A stretch of DNA of 64,000 nucleotides from Vicugna vicugna. Its lineage: Eukaryota. A model generated the notes under the pieces. The model was not told where the DNA came from. It saw only the letters and a list, made by a program, of their open reading frames with translations, and did not search any database. Shown piece by piece: positions 23,241 through 35,092 of the stretch. Each line of letters starts with the position of its first letter. Within the stretch, counting starts at the first letter, position 1. The translations under genes were made by a program, and so were the position numbers. The stretch spans positions 868,001-932,000 of the forward strand of contig MU062317.1 of NCBI GenBank assembly GCA_013265495.1. Reading direction: 5' to 3'.

Positions 23241-26200
23241 GGCCTTTCTGCTCACATCTGCGATTAGGCTCGGGAGCCGGCGCAGAGAGGCTGCCAAGTC
23301 CACCTGCAGCGGGCCTGGCGTCTTCCGGCAGAGGCGCGCCCGCCGAGCACGCACGCCGCGGGCAGGCGCCCCTTCCCGTGTCCGCGGGGCTGCGCCTTAG
23401 CCATCAGCTGCCGAGCACACCCTGAGGGAGGCCAGGCGGGCCTGGGCTTGGGGCTGTGGCCACACCGGACACTGACAGCAGGGTGGGTGGGCATGCGTGT
23501 CCGGTGGCCAGTGACCTGCCTGCGCCCGGGCTGTACCAGAGCAGGGGAGATTTCCACTCAGAGCTTTGTGCGCGGGAACAAGACACCAGCTGCCAGAGGG
23601 TCGCTCTGTGGCCTGGGAATGTTTTGCAGAATTACAGGGATCAGGTGGAAATGTAAAATGACCTACAAGAGGGGCCGCGGAACAATGGGCAGGACGGAGA
23701 GCTGCTTTTCCAGCGACACCTGGAGAGGTAATAAGGATGTCCAGGTGGCCTGCTGGAGGGAGAGGCTGTGGGGCCAGGCCGGGTGACAGGTGCCCTGAGC
23801 TGGGTAGCTGCAGATCTCACAGCCCACAGCCAGCCGGGGTCCCCTGAGTTGGCCTCGTGGAACCTGAAAACCTCACCAGGACACGCTCTGGGCTGGTCAG
23901 AACTCGGGGGGCCCAGAGTGCCAGCTTCCCTCCCTCCTACACCATCCAAGGCAACTGCACACACCCCAGGTTCTGAGATCTGCAGGCAAGGACAGTGCTG
24001 ACCGGAGGAACCTGCCAGCATTCAGCTCCCAAAGCCCAGGACCCCTCCGGGAGCATGCCACTCGGGCTCACGGCGGGGAAGGGGCCAGCGTGCGGAGGCC
24101 CACGTGCCGTCCAGGGGTGCTGAGCCTTGGTGCGCCCTCCAGGGGCTGCAGACTGGATCCTTGCCCCTCTTTGCTCCTGGGGCTGGGCAGTACGTGGCCT
24201 TTCTGTGGCTCACGTGCCGACTTTGAACTTCTCTAGATAAAAGGCCTTTTCCAGGAGCCAAGCAGAGTCCCAGCCGCCAGGGTTGGAACCCCTCGTGTCT
24301 CCCATCCTAAGGCTACGAATCCTGCCTCAGGGCCACTGAGGGCCTCTCTGTGGAACCCAAGCTGTGCGCAGAACAAGGAGCTTTTTCCGACCACCCGAGA
24401 ACACGGGACGACAGACACGCACCTGTTAGCCGTCCCAGCAGGCTCCCCAGGGCTCCTGGGGGCCAGGCGGTGTCGGGGCTGGGGGCTTCGTCTCTCAGGC
24501 TGGGTTACACGCCCCATCACGGTGGCTGAGTCCGTTCTCCGCAAATTGATTCCCAAGCGTGGGACTCGTAAAATCTCAGCCGACAGCACTGACCCCACGC
24601 GCCCTGGCAATGCTGGCCGGGCTGCTATAAATCTAAACAGTGTGGGCTATGCGGTGCCAGGCTTGTCAGCCCAGGGCCCCATTCCGGCGTGGCCCGGAGG
24701 GTAGCAGGACCGGCACAGTTTGGAAACGAGGTTCAGGCCACTCCGAGGCAACCACGAATGCGGAACTTGTCTGACAAGGACTTGACGTCCGGGGAAGCTG
24801 GAAGGCCTCCCGCGATCTCTCTCCAGGATCCAGTCTAGAATTTCAGGAGAGCCTTGTCACGAGCGCGGGTTGGTTCGTGACCTCGAGGCTTCCCTCCCCG
24901 TCAGCCCCCACTCAGCCCGTGCCCCCCACGCCGTCCTGCTGCTGAGCGACCCAGGTGTTCCCCACCCTCAGGAGGAGTCTTCCGTGTGAATCCTGCCCTG
25001 GCAAACGGCCCCTCTCCTGGGGCCCTCGGGGCCCCAGCGCTGCCCACATGGCCTGTCTGCCCGGCGAGGCCCTCGTGTGGGGCCGGCACCCACCTGCCTG
25101 GTCAGGAAAACCAGGCGGACGCTCCAGGGCGTAACTGTCCCTGCAGTGAGTCACTAGACTGATAAACAAATGGCTTCGAAGGAAAAACAAAATCATACAT
25201 TTGCCCCCAGGTGGAAAACTGACACTTTAGGAACTGAAGGAAAAAACCCCAAACACCAAACCCCAAATCCTACGTAAAACATTGAAAGGTGCTGGTTGAA
25301 TGGGGCTGAATGCACAAAGGCGGTTTTGAACCTGGAGAGGAAGCGTTTTGTCCCCACTCTGGAACACGGGCGGGAAAGCCCTCAGGGCCGTTCGCACTGT
25401 CCCCGCCGGGGCTCGGTGCCACCACGGAGGAGCCCGGGGACCCCAGCCCCTCCCCCCGCAGCGCTGCACCGGTTGAGAGGGGAGCCGCCCTGGAGGTGAG
25501 CCCCATCCTGTGGTCCCTGAGCCTTCAGATGTGCTTTGGCTCTGGACAGAAGTCCGGGCCCCGGGGACACACACTCATCACTTTGGCCTTTTCTTCAACG
25601 GCTTTTCTACGAAAGCTGACTTGATAGAACGTCCACGTGCCTGTCTCCCTCCCAGGCCCAGGTAAACACCGCCATGTAAGTGCTTTGAAAAACGCTCACG
25701 CTCCAAGAACCACGTGGTTTATGTTAAAAGTCAGATGGGAGCTGGAAACGCTTGACTCTTTATTTTAAAGGTTCCCAAAAGGCAGATCACGCCTGGGGAA
25801 CCCGGGGCGTTTGGTGCTGGTTTGCAGGCTCTCAGGGCTGCCAGGCTTTGAAGGAAAGACGTCCCCCGAGCCGGCGATAGAGGGCGCCTTCACCCCAGCT
25901 TCCGGGTGGCCTGGTGGCCGCCCCTTCCCCGGGCCTGGGCCCAGGCTCTGCAGGAGGCGGACTGACCACCGCTCGGGTCCCCCCAGGCGGCCGCCCGCCC
26001 GCCACACGGAGCAGCTGGGTCCCCCCGGCCGGGACCTGCAAGCTGACGTCTTGAGATGAGCCTGTCCACCAAGCCGAGAGCCGGTGTCCCGGCCGAGTGT
26101 CGCCCGCAGAGCTTGAGCTCTGTGCCTCTGGCTGCTGTCGGACTGACGTTCTGGCCCCCACCGGCCCCGTTAGGGCAGGCCCCTTGTGGCAGCTCCTGGG

Positions 26201-27879
26201 GCCAATGGGCAGCCGTGGCCGGACCACTGGGCCAGACTGCATCCGAGTACAGAGCCGAGAGGGACCGAGTGAAGCCCTGACCTACGTGTGCAGACGGGCT
26301 TCTCCCCTCCGCCCGGCCCCCCACCACGCCGTGCTTCACCGGGTCTAGCAGGGAGGCTCCCAAGCCCCGGGCTGTGCTCACTGAGAGGGGGTCCAGCGCC
26401 GAGGGAAGCGCAGGCGGGAAGGATGGGAATCACCCCCACGAGCCGCCCTGGTAAGGCTGCACCTTCCCCTGGGCCTGGGGGCCCCACCCTGCCGCGCTGC
26501 CGACGGATGAAGCGTGCCCCTCCCTCGGGGCAGTGAAGCCGGGCTCGCCAGGGGTCACACACGCGGCAGCGGAAACAGCAACGAGCAAGCTCGTGGCCCG
26601 CGGGCCTCTCCGCCCACGTGGACACAGACCCGCTGGCTTTTCCCGCAGGTGTTTTCCAGACACAAGGCCAGGCTCGGGGGGACCTCGGCGACCTTGTCAC
26701 TACCAGGCTCCACGGCCACTCAGTTACAGGCCCTCCTCCACCTCGTAGGAGGCAGCCTTTCTCCTCGCGGGGGAGCCTCGCGAGCAGCCTGCCGTGGCAG
26801 AGCCGGCCCGGCCCACGAGGCAGCCCAGGGTCCACACTCCCTGGCCTGTCACCGCCCGAGCACCGGAGCTGGGGACCAGGTCTCTGGGTCAAGGAGCCCG
26901 GAGCCTCTGCCCGGCTCACAGGTGGCCCCCGAGCTGACCCAGCCGGCAGGCGTCTCCAGGGCAAGTGCCAGAAGCTGGCACTCACAGACCTCTCCATGGA
27001 ATGTTCGCATGCCAAGGCCAGCCCCGAGCACATTCCTCTTCCAGAACGTTCTGAGAACTCACGCATCAGCCTGTTCATAGGTAGGAGAGGAGAGCCAAGC
27101 TGGAGACTAGTTCAGATGCTTTCCGTTTGCAAGTCCAAAGGGGCGTCCTCGGTAGAAGAGAGAGCTGGTGGGTCCACGCCAGGGGCTGGACCTGGGACCT
27201 GGGGCCTGGGCAAACGCAGGGCCGAAGAAACGCACGTGAGGGAATGACGTTTTAGACGGCTGAGCGGAAACGACAGTTAGAAAACGGAGCTCTCTGCCTA
27301 AAGCCACCTCCGAGGGACTCCGGCTACACAGAGGGCCAGAGAGACGTAAACCTGGCCCATGGGGGGCGCCGGTCTGCGTCTGGAGGGGCCTCTGGACCCC
27401 CGGGAGTGTCCTGCTGCAGAGCCTTTGCCGGGTTCACGTTCCTGCAGTGTCCACTCCCTGTCCTGGCTCCATGCATCCATTCAGGAGGTACCCGCCGCGC
27501 ACCCGCTCTGTGCAGGCCAGGCTCAGGGGCCGGGAACCAGCAGCAAGAGGAAAGGTGCTGCCGTCACAGAGCCATGTCCGCATCACCAGGCTCCCCTCAG
27601 GGGACCCTGCGCATAGCACGCGTCCTCCCAGAGGGTTTGTGGCTGACTTGGCCGCAGCCCGAGACACCTCCGTCTACCCGGGCTGGGGCGGAGGCGAGCA
27701 GCAGGACAGAACGGCAAAGTTCATAGTTGAAGAGGACACCTGGCTATCTGGCAGCACCGTTCTGGCAACCGAATGCCAAGCACGCCTGATTCTGCACCCA
27801 GAGACCCCGCCCGCAGCCCGCGCCCAGGGCTGGGCGTCACCGTCCCACTGCACCTTCTCACCAGCTCCGGAGGCAGACG

Positions 27880-27942
27880 GCATTGTCCCCACGGCACAGA
27901 CGAGGGACTGAGACTTGGAGAGGTCTGAGGACTTGCCCAACA
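27880..27942 (-). mobile_element. MIR fragment
   Basis: ATTGTCCCCACGGCACAGACGAGGGACTGAGACTTGGAGAGGTCTGAGGACTTGCCCAA resembles the reverse complement of the MIR core. Confidence 0.6.
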
Positions 27943-28720
27943 TAAAGCCGGCAGGGTGAAGAACTGGGGAAGGTGGGTGGCAGTGTCACCCCCGGCCAGA
28001 GCCAGCCTCCCTGCTCTGCTCCAGGATCGGGGAAGCAGCCACCCGCAGTGACTGCAGCCACGCCTAGAGTCCAACCGCTTGCTTCCGGGTGATTCACCCG
28101 CGCCCTGCCCGAGGCCCTGAGCGACTGCCCTTCCCTCTGGAGCACCGCGGGAACCGGCCCCGGTGGCCCGTGGGCTCTGAGGGCGAGCCCGCCGCCCTGC
28201 CTCCTGCTTGGCCCCGGAGCCGGTCCTGCCCAAGCTGTCTTTTTCTTGGTTTTTTCTTTTCAAAGCTAAACACCTGTTTTTAGGCCTCAGAGAACACTTC
28301 AGTTGGTGCCAGGGTGGATTTCCTGAAGGCATGGCCCCTGGTGAGAGCTGGGTGAGCTGTGGGGCTGCGCCTGCAGCCTCGAGACAGGTGGGGTGATGGG
28401 CGCCCTGGGGTCCCAGCATGGACGCTCCCCGGTGTGGGGCTGGACGGGGACAGTGGGGGGCTGGGGAGGGCGACTGGAAGAGAAAACCATTTCACCTATG
28501 TGGGAGACACGAGCCTGGCACAGGGCACTTCCCACCCCCCAGGCCCACCTGTCCAGGTGAGACAGGGAGCCCCTGAGCGGTAGTGACATCCCCTGAGGAG
28601 GTCGCCGGTCCTCCAGGCTGTCCAGGAGTGCCGCACCATCACCACCGACAGCCATGCAGAAACTGAAACGCAAGAACAGAGACGCCAAAGGGCGACTTCC
28701 CATAGAAAGAAAGCGAAGAG

Positions 28721-28868
28721 GTGGGAGGGTACAGCTCACAGTGCTAGAGCGCATGCTCAGCACGCACGAGGTCCTGGGTTCAACCCCCGGTGCCTCCTCT
28801 GAAGATAAATAAGCCTAATCGCCTCCTGCCCCCACCAAAAAAACAGGGAGGAAAAGAAAGAAAGAAAG
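28721..28868 (+). mobile_element. tRNA-Ala(AGC)-derived SINE, camelid Vic-1 type
   Basis: Head GGGAGGGTACAGCTCA..TAGAGCGCATGCTCAGCACGCACGAGGTCCTGGGTTCAACCCC with B-box GTTCAACCC; body ATAAATAAGCCTAATCGCCTCC; A/G-rich tail. Degenerate 17-bp TSD: AGAAAGAAAGCGAAGAG (28704-28720) versus AGAAAGAAAGTGTAGGG (28859-28875), 14/17 identical. Confidence 0.85.
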
Positions 28869-31800
28869 TGTAGGGGGCCGAGGTCACACCCCACCCGAGG
28901 CTGGTCCTGGCTCGAGGGCACAGACCCGATGAGCACGTGTGTGCACATGCCCGCACCGCTCCCGCACACACGTGCACACGCACATGCCTGTGCGCACACC
29001 CAGCCGCGGACACGTCCAGCCACGGCCAGGCGGCGCTCACTAGCTTCGCGCTGACAGCGGAAGTGTCTTTCTCCCTGTAACCCGGGTGTTTGTCTTTACG
29101 GACTGGCAGGCGCATCGTGGGCAGGACAGACTTTCTTATTCAGACCACCTTGATTCCCCCCGGTCACCTCACAAGGCGTGTGTGCTGACCGTGCCTGGGA
29201 GGCAAGGCAGTGTTCCCTTTAAGCGCCTCCGGACTCCACGGGGCTTGGTCCTGACTGGCTCGTGCTCTCCTGGCGACGCAGCGGGGAACACACCTGCCCC
29301 TCTGGTGCTGCGAGCCTGGCCGTCCTGCCCTGGAGGGCCTCCTGGCTGACATCACTCGGCGGACCTGCTGGGCATGGGCTGGCTTCCCCGCCCCCTCCCC
29401 AGGCGCCCCCAGGCCTGACCTCAGCTCTAGGTGGCACAAGGGCCTCGGGGTGGGCTCCCCTCTGTAGGGGCCTGGGCAGGGGGCCCCCTGCAGCCCCTTC
29501 ACTCGGCTTTCTCAGGCCTCCTGCAGGACCTACCTTCGCAGCTGCTCTGTTTCCTCGGACGGGAGACCTCCTCTCAGAGACTGACTTTCCACTGTCTCTT
29601 GTCTCCGCTGGCCAGAGACAGAGCTCTGAATAAAGGGGGCTCCGACCAGGGCAGGTCAGAAAGAAGCCAGCCCCCAGCCGGGTGCGACGGCAGGGCGTGT
29701 GGGGGGGCCTGGCCCCAGGCTTCTGTGCAGGGACAGCTCCCGCCAGCCTGCCTGCAGTCACTTGGGTGGGCACTGAGGCCCATCCAGCTGGGGCCTCTGA
29801 ATGCCCTGCCCTTGCCCCCGTCTTGAAGGATCTGACCCTGCCTGCTTGGACCAGCACCCCAAGCCTCATGCTGTTTAGCCGCCACACGGGAGACAAAATT
29901 AAGAACTGCCACAGGCAGTACCCCACTAGCAGCCCGCAGAGCGTGGGGCAGCCACTATGACTCCACGTCTAAGTGGGAGTGGCACTTAGTGGACCACGGT
30001 GACCCAGGTGGCGTTTAGAACCACCGCTGTGCACCATGTAGAGCACGGCGGTCAGCAGGCACCGCGCACCTGGGAGGCCCTGCGATGGGCATGAGGCCCC
30101 GGCTGCAGCCTGGGGATCACACGGCCAAGTGAGCCAGGCGGGCGGGCCACCCCCTATGGAGCGGTGACCGGATGTCACCGGGGCATCTCAATGCAAGGCC
30201 CACCCTCAAGGTCCGCGTCCTCAGGGGCGCACAGAGCACTGACCCTGGGAGCTTTTCCAAAGGCAACGATGAATCGAACCAACACGTTTCAAGAGCTGCG
30301 TCTTAGTTCAGAAAACCTCCGCGGGTCTGAAAGCAGAGGCATGGAAACCCCGGAAACTCCTGACACGAGCCTCCCGGGCACCCCCGCTGCGCGGCGGCCG
30401 GGCCCCCAGAGCCCTGAGGCGGGACTAGTCAGAGCCCCCCAGGATTCCCTGCCCTGGAGGCGGCAGCTGCAGCTGGTCCTGGGGAGACGCTGGGCGCACA
30501 GTGTGCTTTCTGGGTGTCACCTCAGCCCCTCGCTGCCATCAGCCACCCCCCGCCCACCCCAGGGGGGCTGGCCTGCTCTGTCGTCTCTCTGTGCGGTCTT
30601 TGCAAAGAAAGCAGTTTGCAAGCTGCACCAGTGGCCGCCAGAGCAGCTCTGGGACCGTGAAGCGCAGGGCCGAGGAGGCTGCATTGGGAACCTCCCCATG
30701 CAAAAGGCTCAGGGGCCACTGGGGCCCCATAGCCCAGCTCATCAGCCCAGCAGGCCTGGCTGTGTCTCGGCTGAGGAGGCTGGGCCTCCCCCGCCTGGAC
30801 TGGGCCTGAGGGGCAGTGCGGCGCACTTGGGCAGTGCGAGGCGAGCAGAACACGAATGAGATGCAGCCTGAGGCCAGCCCCGGGGCACGGCTGAGACACG
30901 GCCCCAGCTCTCTGGGAGGTGGTCCGCAGGAGGAATTGGGGTGTGAGGCCTCAAATGGTTTTCTCTGCCATGGGCTGGGGAACGGGCGGAGGACCAGGCA
31001 AGGACCCTAAGGATGGACTGGCCGGCTCTATGGGGGTCGTGGGGCACCTGGATGGAATGGGGGGGAAGCGCCGTGATGACCGAGAGGAACGGGTGTGAAC
31101 TAGGAAAGTCCCCAGGCACACAGTCCCTGAGGTGCCTGGAGACTGCATCCCCGCACCCCTCTCTGGCCTTGCCCCTTTTGGGGTGACAGGATTCCCTGGT
31201 CTCCCAGCAAAACTGGTTGCCGTACAGCTCTCAGAAGCTCAGGATTCATGGTCTTAGGAGGGTGTGCGCATGTATGTGAAGCCCCCGCGGCTCTGGGGAC
31301 AGCTGTGGACACATCTGGGGTCAATACTTCCTTGTGCCCAGGCCCCAGAGTCTGAAATGTTCGGCCCACGCTGTCCCTAGGCCACACCCCCGGGGCATCC
31401 GCAGATTCACATCGTAAACTGTTTTTTTCTGTCTGAGAAGGAAGGTGGGGTCGGCCGGGACTTCCCTTCCCCATGCTCCTTTGCCTCTGCAGTTCCTCCC
31501 TCCCCTGGGGGAGCCACATGCCTGGCCACGAAGGGGGCCCCACCCAGCGCCCGGCTCCTACGGTTCCCTGCAGCTTCCCAGCCGCCCTCCCGGTGTGCAG
31601 GGTGGACGAGGGTGCACCCGTGGGGAGGGGGAGTCTGTGGTGCTGGGCGACGCCCCCGGTGGCACCTGATCCTTGGCAGCCGGCCCAGGGGCTGGAGTGC
31701 TGCCCCGACCTCCCCGAGGGCCCAGGACGCACAGACACATCTGCTTGCCCCTCGCCACCTTGGCTGCAGGCCAGCCCCTCCTGAAGCCCTGTCCTGGCCT

Positions 31801-33819
31801 GGTTCCTATCTGTCTGCTGGTCATCGTCCACAGTGACCACAGGCAGCAGGTGACAAATGGCTGGTGTCAAGTCCTGTCACGCCAACGGGGCCCAGAGGAA
31901 ATGCAAGAGGCTCTCAGAATGGCTTTATTACCAACCTGTGGCCGCAGGGATGATCAATCAAACTGCCCGGCACGGGCAAACACCGGCGAGACGAGAGGCA
32001 GACGCTGGCCTGCAGGCCGGGGGTCAGGGCTGGGGCGGGTGAGGGGCGACTTGTGGAGGACGGCGTAACACATGCTGAACTTGACTGCCGTCCAGGCCCC
32101 GCTAGCTCACCCGCCCTCCATCCAGGACCAGGCCGGCCTCGGGGCCCTGGCGGGGCGGCCCGGGAGGATGGGAGATGCCACGACAGCACGGTGGAGGGAT
32201 GGTTTGGGCAGGGGCCTGGGGAGGACTCAGAACCCGGGGCCTTGCTCTGCAATGGCTTTGTTCACAGACCTGGAGCTGGCGGTGGACGTGGGGGCCAGGG
32301 CTGAGCCTCTGACCCCACTCAGGAGGCCCTGCTGGTTCTCGGACCCCAGCCCTAAGCTTCCTGTAGGCCAGGGGCTGAAGATAGCTCTGGGACAGACTTC
32401 AAAAGAGTCGGGGTGCTGGCTGGCGTCGGCCTCGTCCAGCCGACTGTGCACGACCGGCCCCCAGGGCAGGGCCGGCTGCCGAGTCTCCAGACCCCTGGGG
32501 TTGCCCCTTCCCGGACAGTCGGCGCTCCCTCCACCGAAGCGCGGTCTCTGGGCCCACCCGGGGGTGGCCGCCTGGGCCGAGGGCTCCCATCGTGGGCCAA
32601 CTGCAGTGGGCTCCTGGCCGGGAGCTCGGGGCCGGAGGGCGGGCGGGGGCCGCCGCTCCTGCCGTCCAGGCCAGGATGAATCAGACCTTTCTTGGGGAAG
32701 AGCCTCCCGCACAAGGACGTTTTAGTCAGACATAATTGCAAGGAAAAATAAACCTGCCTTAACAGAAAACAGCTTTCCAGTTGTTTTTCCCCTCCTTGAA
32801 GCCTTTTCAACTCCAGGTTCTGGCAAGTCCTGGCTGTGGGTAATTGTCAACACGGTGCGGTGTTCAGAGACCAAAGCCAGCGGAACGGAAACAGGGCTCG
32901 CAACCGAGAGGGACCCGGGACGTGGCCCCGCAGGCACGCGTGCGCTCACGTGTGTGCTCACACCCTCCCCTGTGCCCTGACCGCAGGCCAAAGGGAGCTT
33001 TGTCTTGGCCGCGGTGCAGAGGGCTCGGAGCACCTTGGAGGCTCCGATCCTGAACATGGAAGCCAGCGGCCTCCCCGGGTGTGGCCGGATGGCGACTCCG
33101 TCTGCGCAGGGCTCTCCAGGTCGGGGAGGCTTCCTGGCTCTGCCTCCCCGTTCTCATGTCTCCCCCCATGAAGGTCACCTCGTGTGCTGGAGGAAGGCCT
33201 CGGGGTCCTGGCACCCTCATTCCTCGAGGGAACTGGATGGAATTCCCGAAGGACTTGGAAAGAGGGCAGGGCTGGTCCAGCATTGGCTCTACCACTGTGT
33301 CCAAAACTGACCCCCAACAGAGACGCCCCTGCGGCAGGACAGGGTGATAGGGTCACCGTCGGGGCAGGCCCGCTGCCGGCACGTCTGATGGCCGCCAGTT
33401 TGTGACTGCCCCCCGGATGGGCCCCGCCAGACCCTCCTCCTCCCTGTCTCTGTCGTTCTCTAGGGTCCTGTTAGAGGAAGGGGCACGGGGGAGAGGGGCG
33501 GCTGCCACAGGCAGCCCCTGGAGGGGCTCGGGCCGGGGGCTGTGGGGCTCGGGGGATGGCACGCCCCCCACTCTGTCGTCGCTGACGTCCCCTGTTCCTT
33601 TCCAGGGACTTGTTGGGGGCCATCAAGCCCACGGTTGACTGGCTGGTGTTATGCGCTCGGCTGGGCCCTGGAGAACCCGGCTCCTTTGCCAGGCAGAGTC
33701 AATGAGGAAAGAAAGACTTGAACGAGATAGTAATTTATGACTTCCACTGGGCCAGACCCCCGTGCCTCTCGGTGTGTTTCGCTGGAAACCGCGCTCCGTC
33801 TTCCCAAGGACGCTGAGAC

Positions 33820-34251
33820 CGGCTGTCGAGCGGGTCCTGCGGCGCCCCCACCCCGGCCAGGATGTGCGGGGCCCCACCCTGCTGTCTCTCCGTGGCCAGC
33901 TCTCGAGGTGTCCAGCATCCAGAAACCCCGTTTCCAAATTTCGAGCCAAAGGGAGCCAACTCGCAGCATTCGCGTGCATCCCGCGCCGTCCGCCCTGCGG
34001 CTTCCAGACCCCAGCCCCGGGCCCGACGCCGCGCTCTCCCCTCCCTGCCCTCGCTCGCCACCACCGCCGCCCGAAACACAAAGGCGAAGAATGTGATGGG
34101 AAAGCCAGCAACGCGGCGGCAAAGCAGACCTTCCCTAATGGCGACCAAACTTGCTGAGTGTCAGTCAGAGTTACTTTGTGCGGAGTCTGTAATAACCCCG
34201 CGGCTCGGAGACAAGGCTGGTCGCCGGCAGGGGCCGCCGTGCCGGGGCCTG
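33820..34251. promoter_or_regulatory. CpG-island-like segment running into an assembly gap
   Basis: Very dense CG dinucleotides, for example CCGCGCCGTCCGCC..CGACGCCGCGC..CGCCGCCCG. Confidence 0.5.
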
Positions 34252-34431
34252 NNNNNNNNNNNNNNNNNNNNNNNNNNNNNNNNNNNNNNNNNNNNNNNNN
34301 NNNNNNNNNNNNNNNNNNNNNNNNNNNNNNNNNNNNNNNNNNNNNNNNNNNNNNNNNNNNNNNNNNNNNNNNNNNNNNNNNNNNNNNNNNNNNNNNNNNN
34401 NNNNNNNNNNNNNNNNNNNNNNNNNNNNNNN
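34252..34431. other. Assembly gap (180 N)
   Basis: Run of N. Confidence 1.
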
Positions 34432-34815
34432 AAACGCGAAATCTGCATAAACCTTCAGGCTTTAATTCAAGCAGAGACCTTTCATTAGAAATATGTTACT
34501 TTATGAAATCTGGTCGCCAGCAAGGGGAGAAAAATGTGACTTCTTAAGAAAAGTGAATGACGCCTCTTTAGTGATTAACCCGAGATTAATGGAGGTCCCC
34601 ACTGCTCGGTCTAAGTCCATTTTATTGCTAATTCATTTAGGTACCATTTCAGATGTGCTGGGTGAAAGTTACCTGCCAGGGCGACAGGTTTTGGCAAGCG
34701 ACGGTAGCCATTACGGTCAAGTCCCAAACACACGTTTTATTAAAGAAGCTTTGAACAGTGTCTTGGGTTAGTCTTTTTTCCTTCCCTTTCTCTTCGGGGG
34801 ACTTTTTATTTAACG
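34432..34815. promoter_or_regulatory. AT-rich homeodomain-motif island; putative conserved enhancer
   Basis: About 380 bp AT-rich block with no repeat similarity; GATTAA at 34573 and 34584, several TAAT/ATTA cores, TTTTATT twice. Confidence 0.5.
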
Positions 34816-34949
34816 TGCGCAGTTAGTCGAGCATCTGGGCTCCAACTCATCGATCAGACTCGGATGCGACGGCTTCGCTCCCAGCGGCTCTTTCCCCCCT
34901 CAGTTCCCCCGCCTCGAGTCCGCAGAGTCCACGGTGAGGGGCTGCGCTC

Positions 34950-35092
34950 GGGACACACGCTCACCGCGCGCACACGCGTCGCACACCCACCCGCGTGTGC
35001 GTATGTACACGGGGCGCGTGCGTGTGCACACACGCAGTCTACCCCGCCCCCCGTACTCACAGGCGCCCACACACACACACATGCACACTTGG
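34950..35092. repeat. Alternating purine-pyrimidine (CA/CG/TG) tract
   Basis: CGCGCGCACACGCGTCGCACAC..CGCGTGTGCGTATGTACAC..GCGCGTGCGTGTGCACACACGC..CACACACACACACATGCACAC. Confidence 0.75.

Noticed and set aside
24104-24123. REST/NRSE site (also a half-site at 14434-14442)
   Set aside because: The half-site spacer is 3 bp instead of the canonical 2 bp, and the other location has only one half-site.
27108-27190. Possible MLT1J fragment; likewise a possible L2 at 29110-29200 and MIRs near 8960-9050, 19715-19760, 47225-47270, 49290-49370 and 62380-62410
   Set aside because: The resemblance is too short or too diverged to call by eye and needs RepeatMasker.
28721-28797. tRNA-Ala(AGC) gene
   Set aside because: The A-box has an insertion, the stems are mismatched, and a SINE body, tail and TSD are present. 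It is a SINE head, not a tRNA gene.
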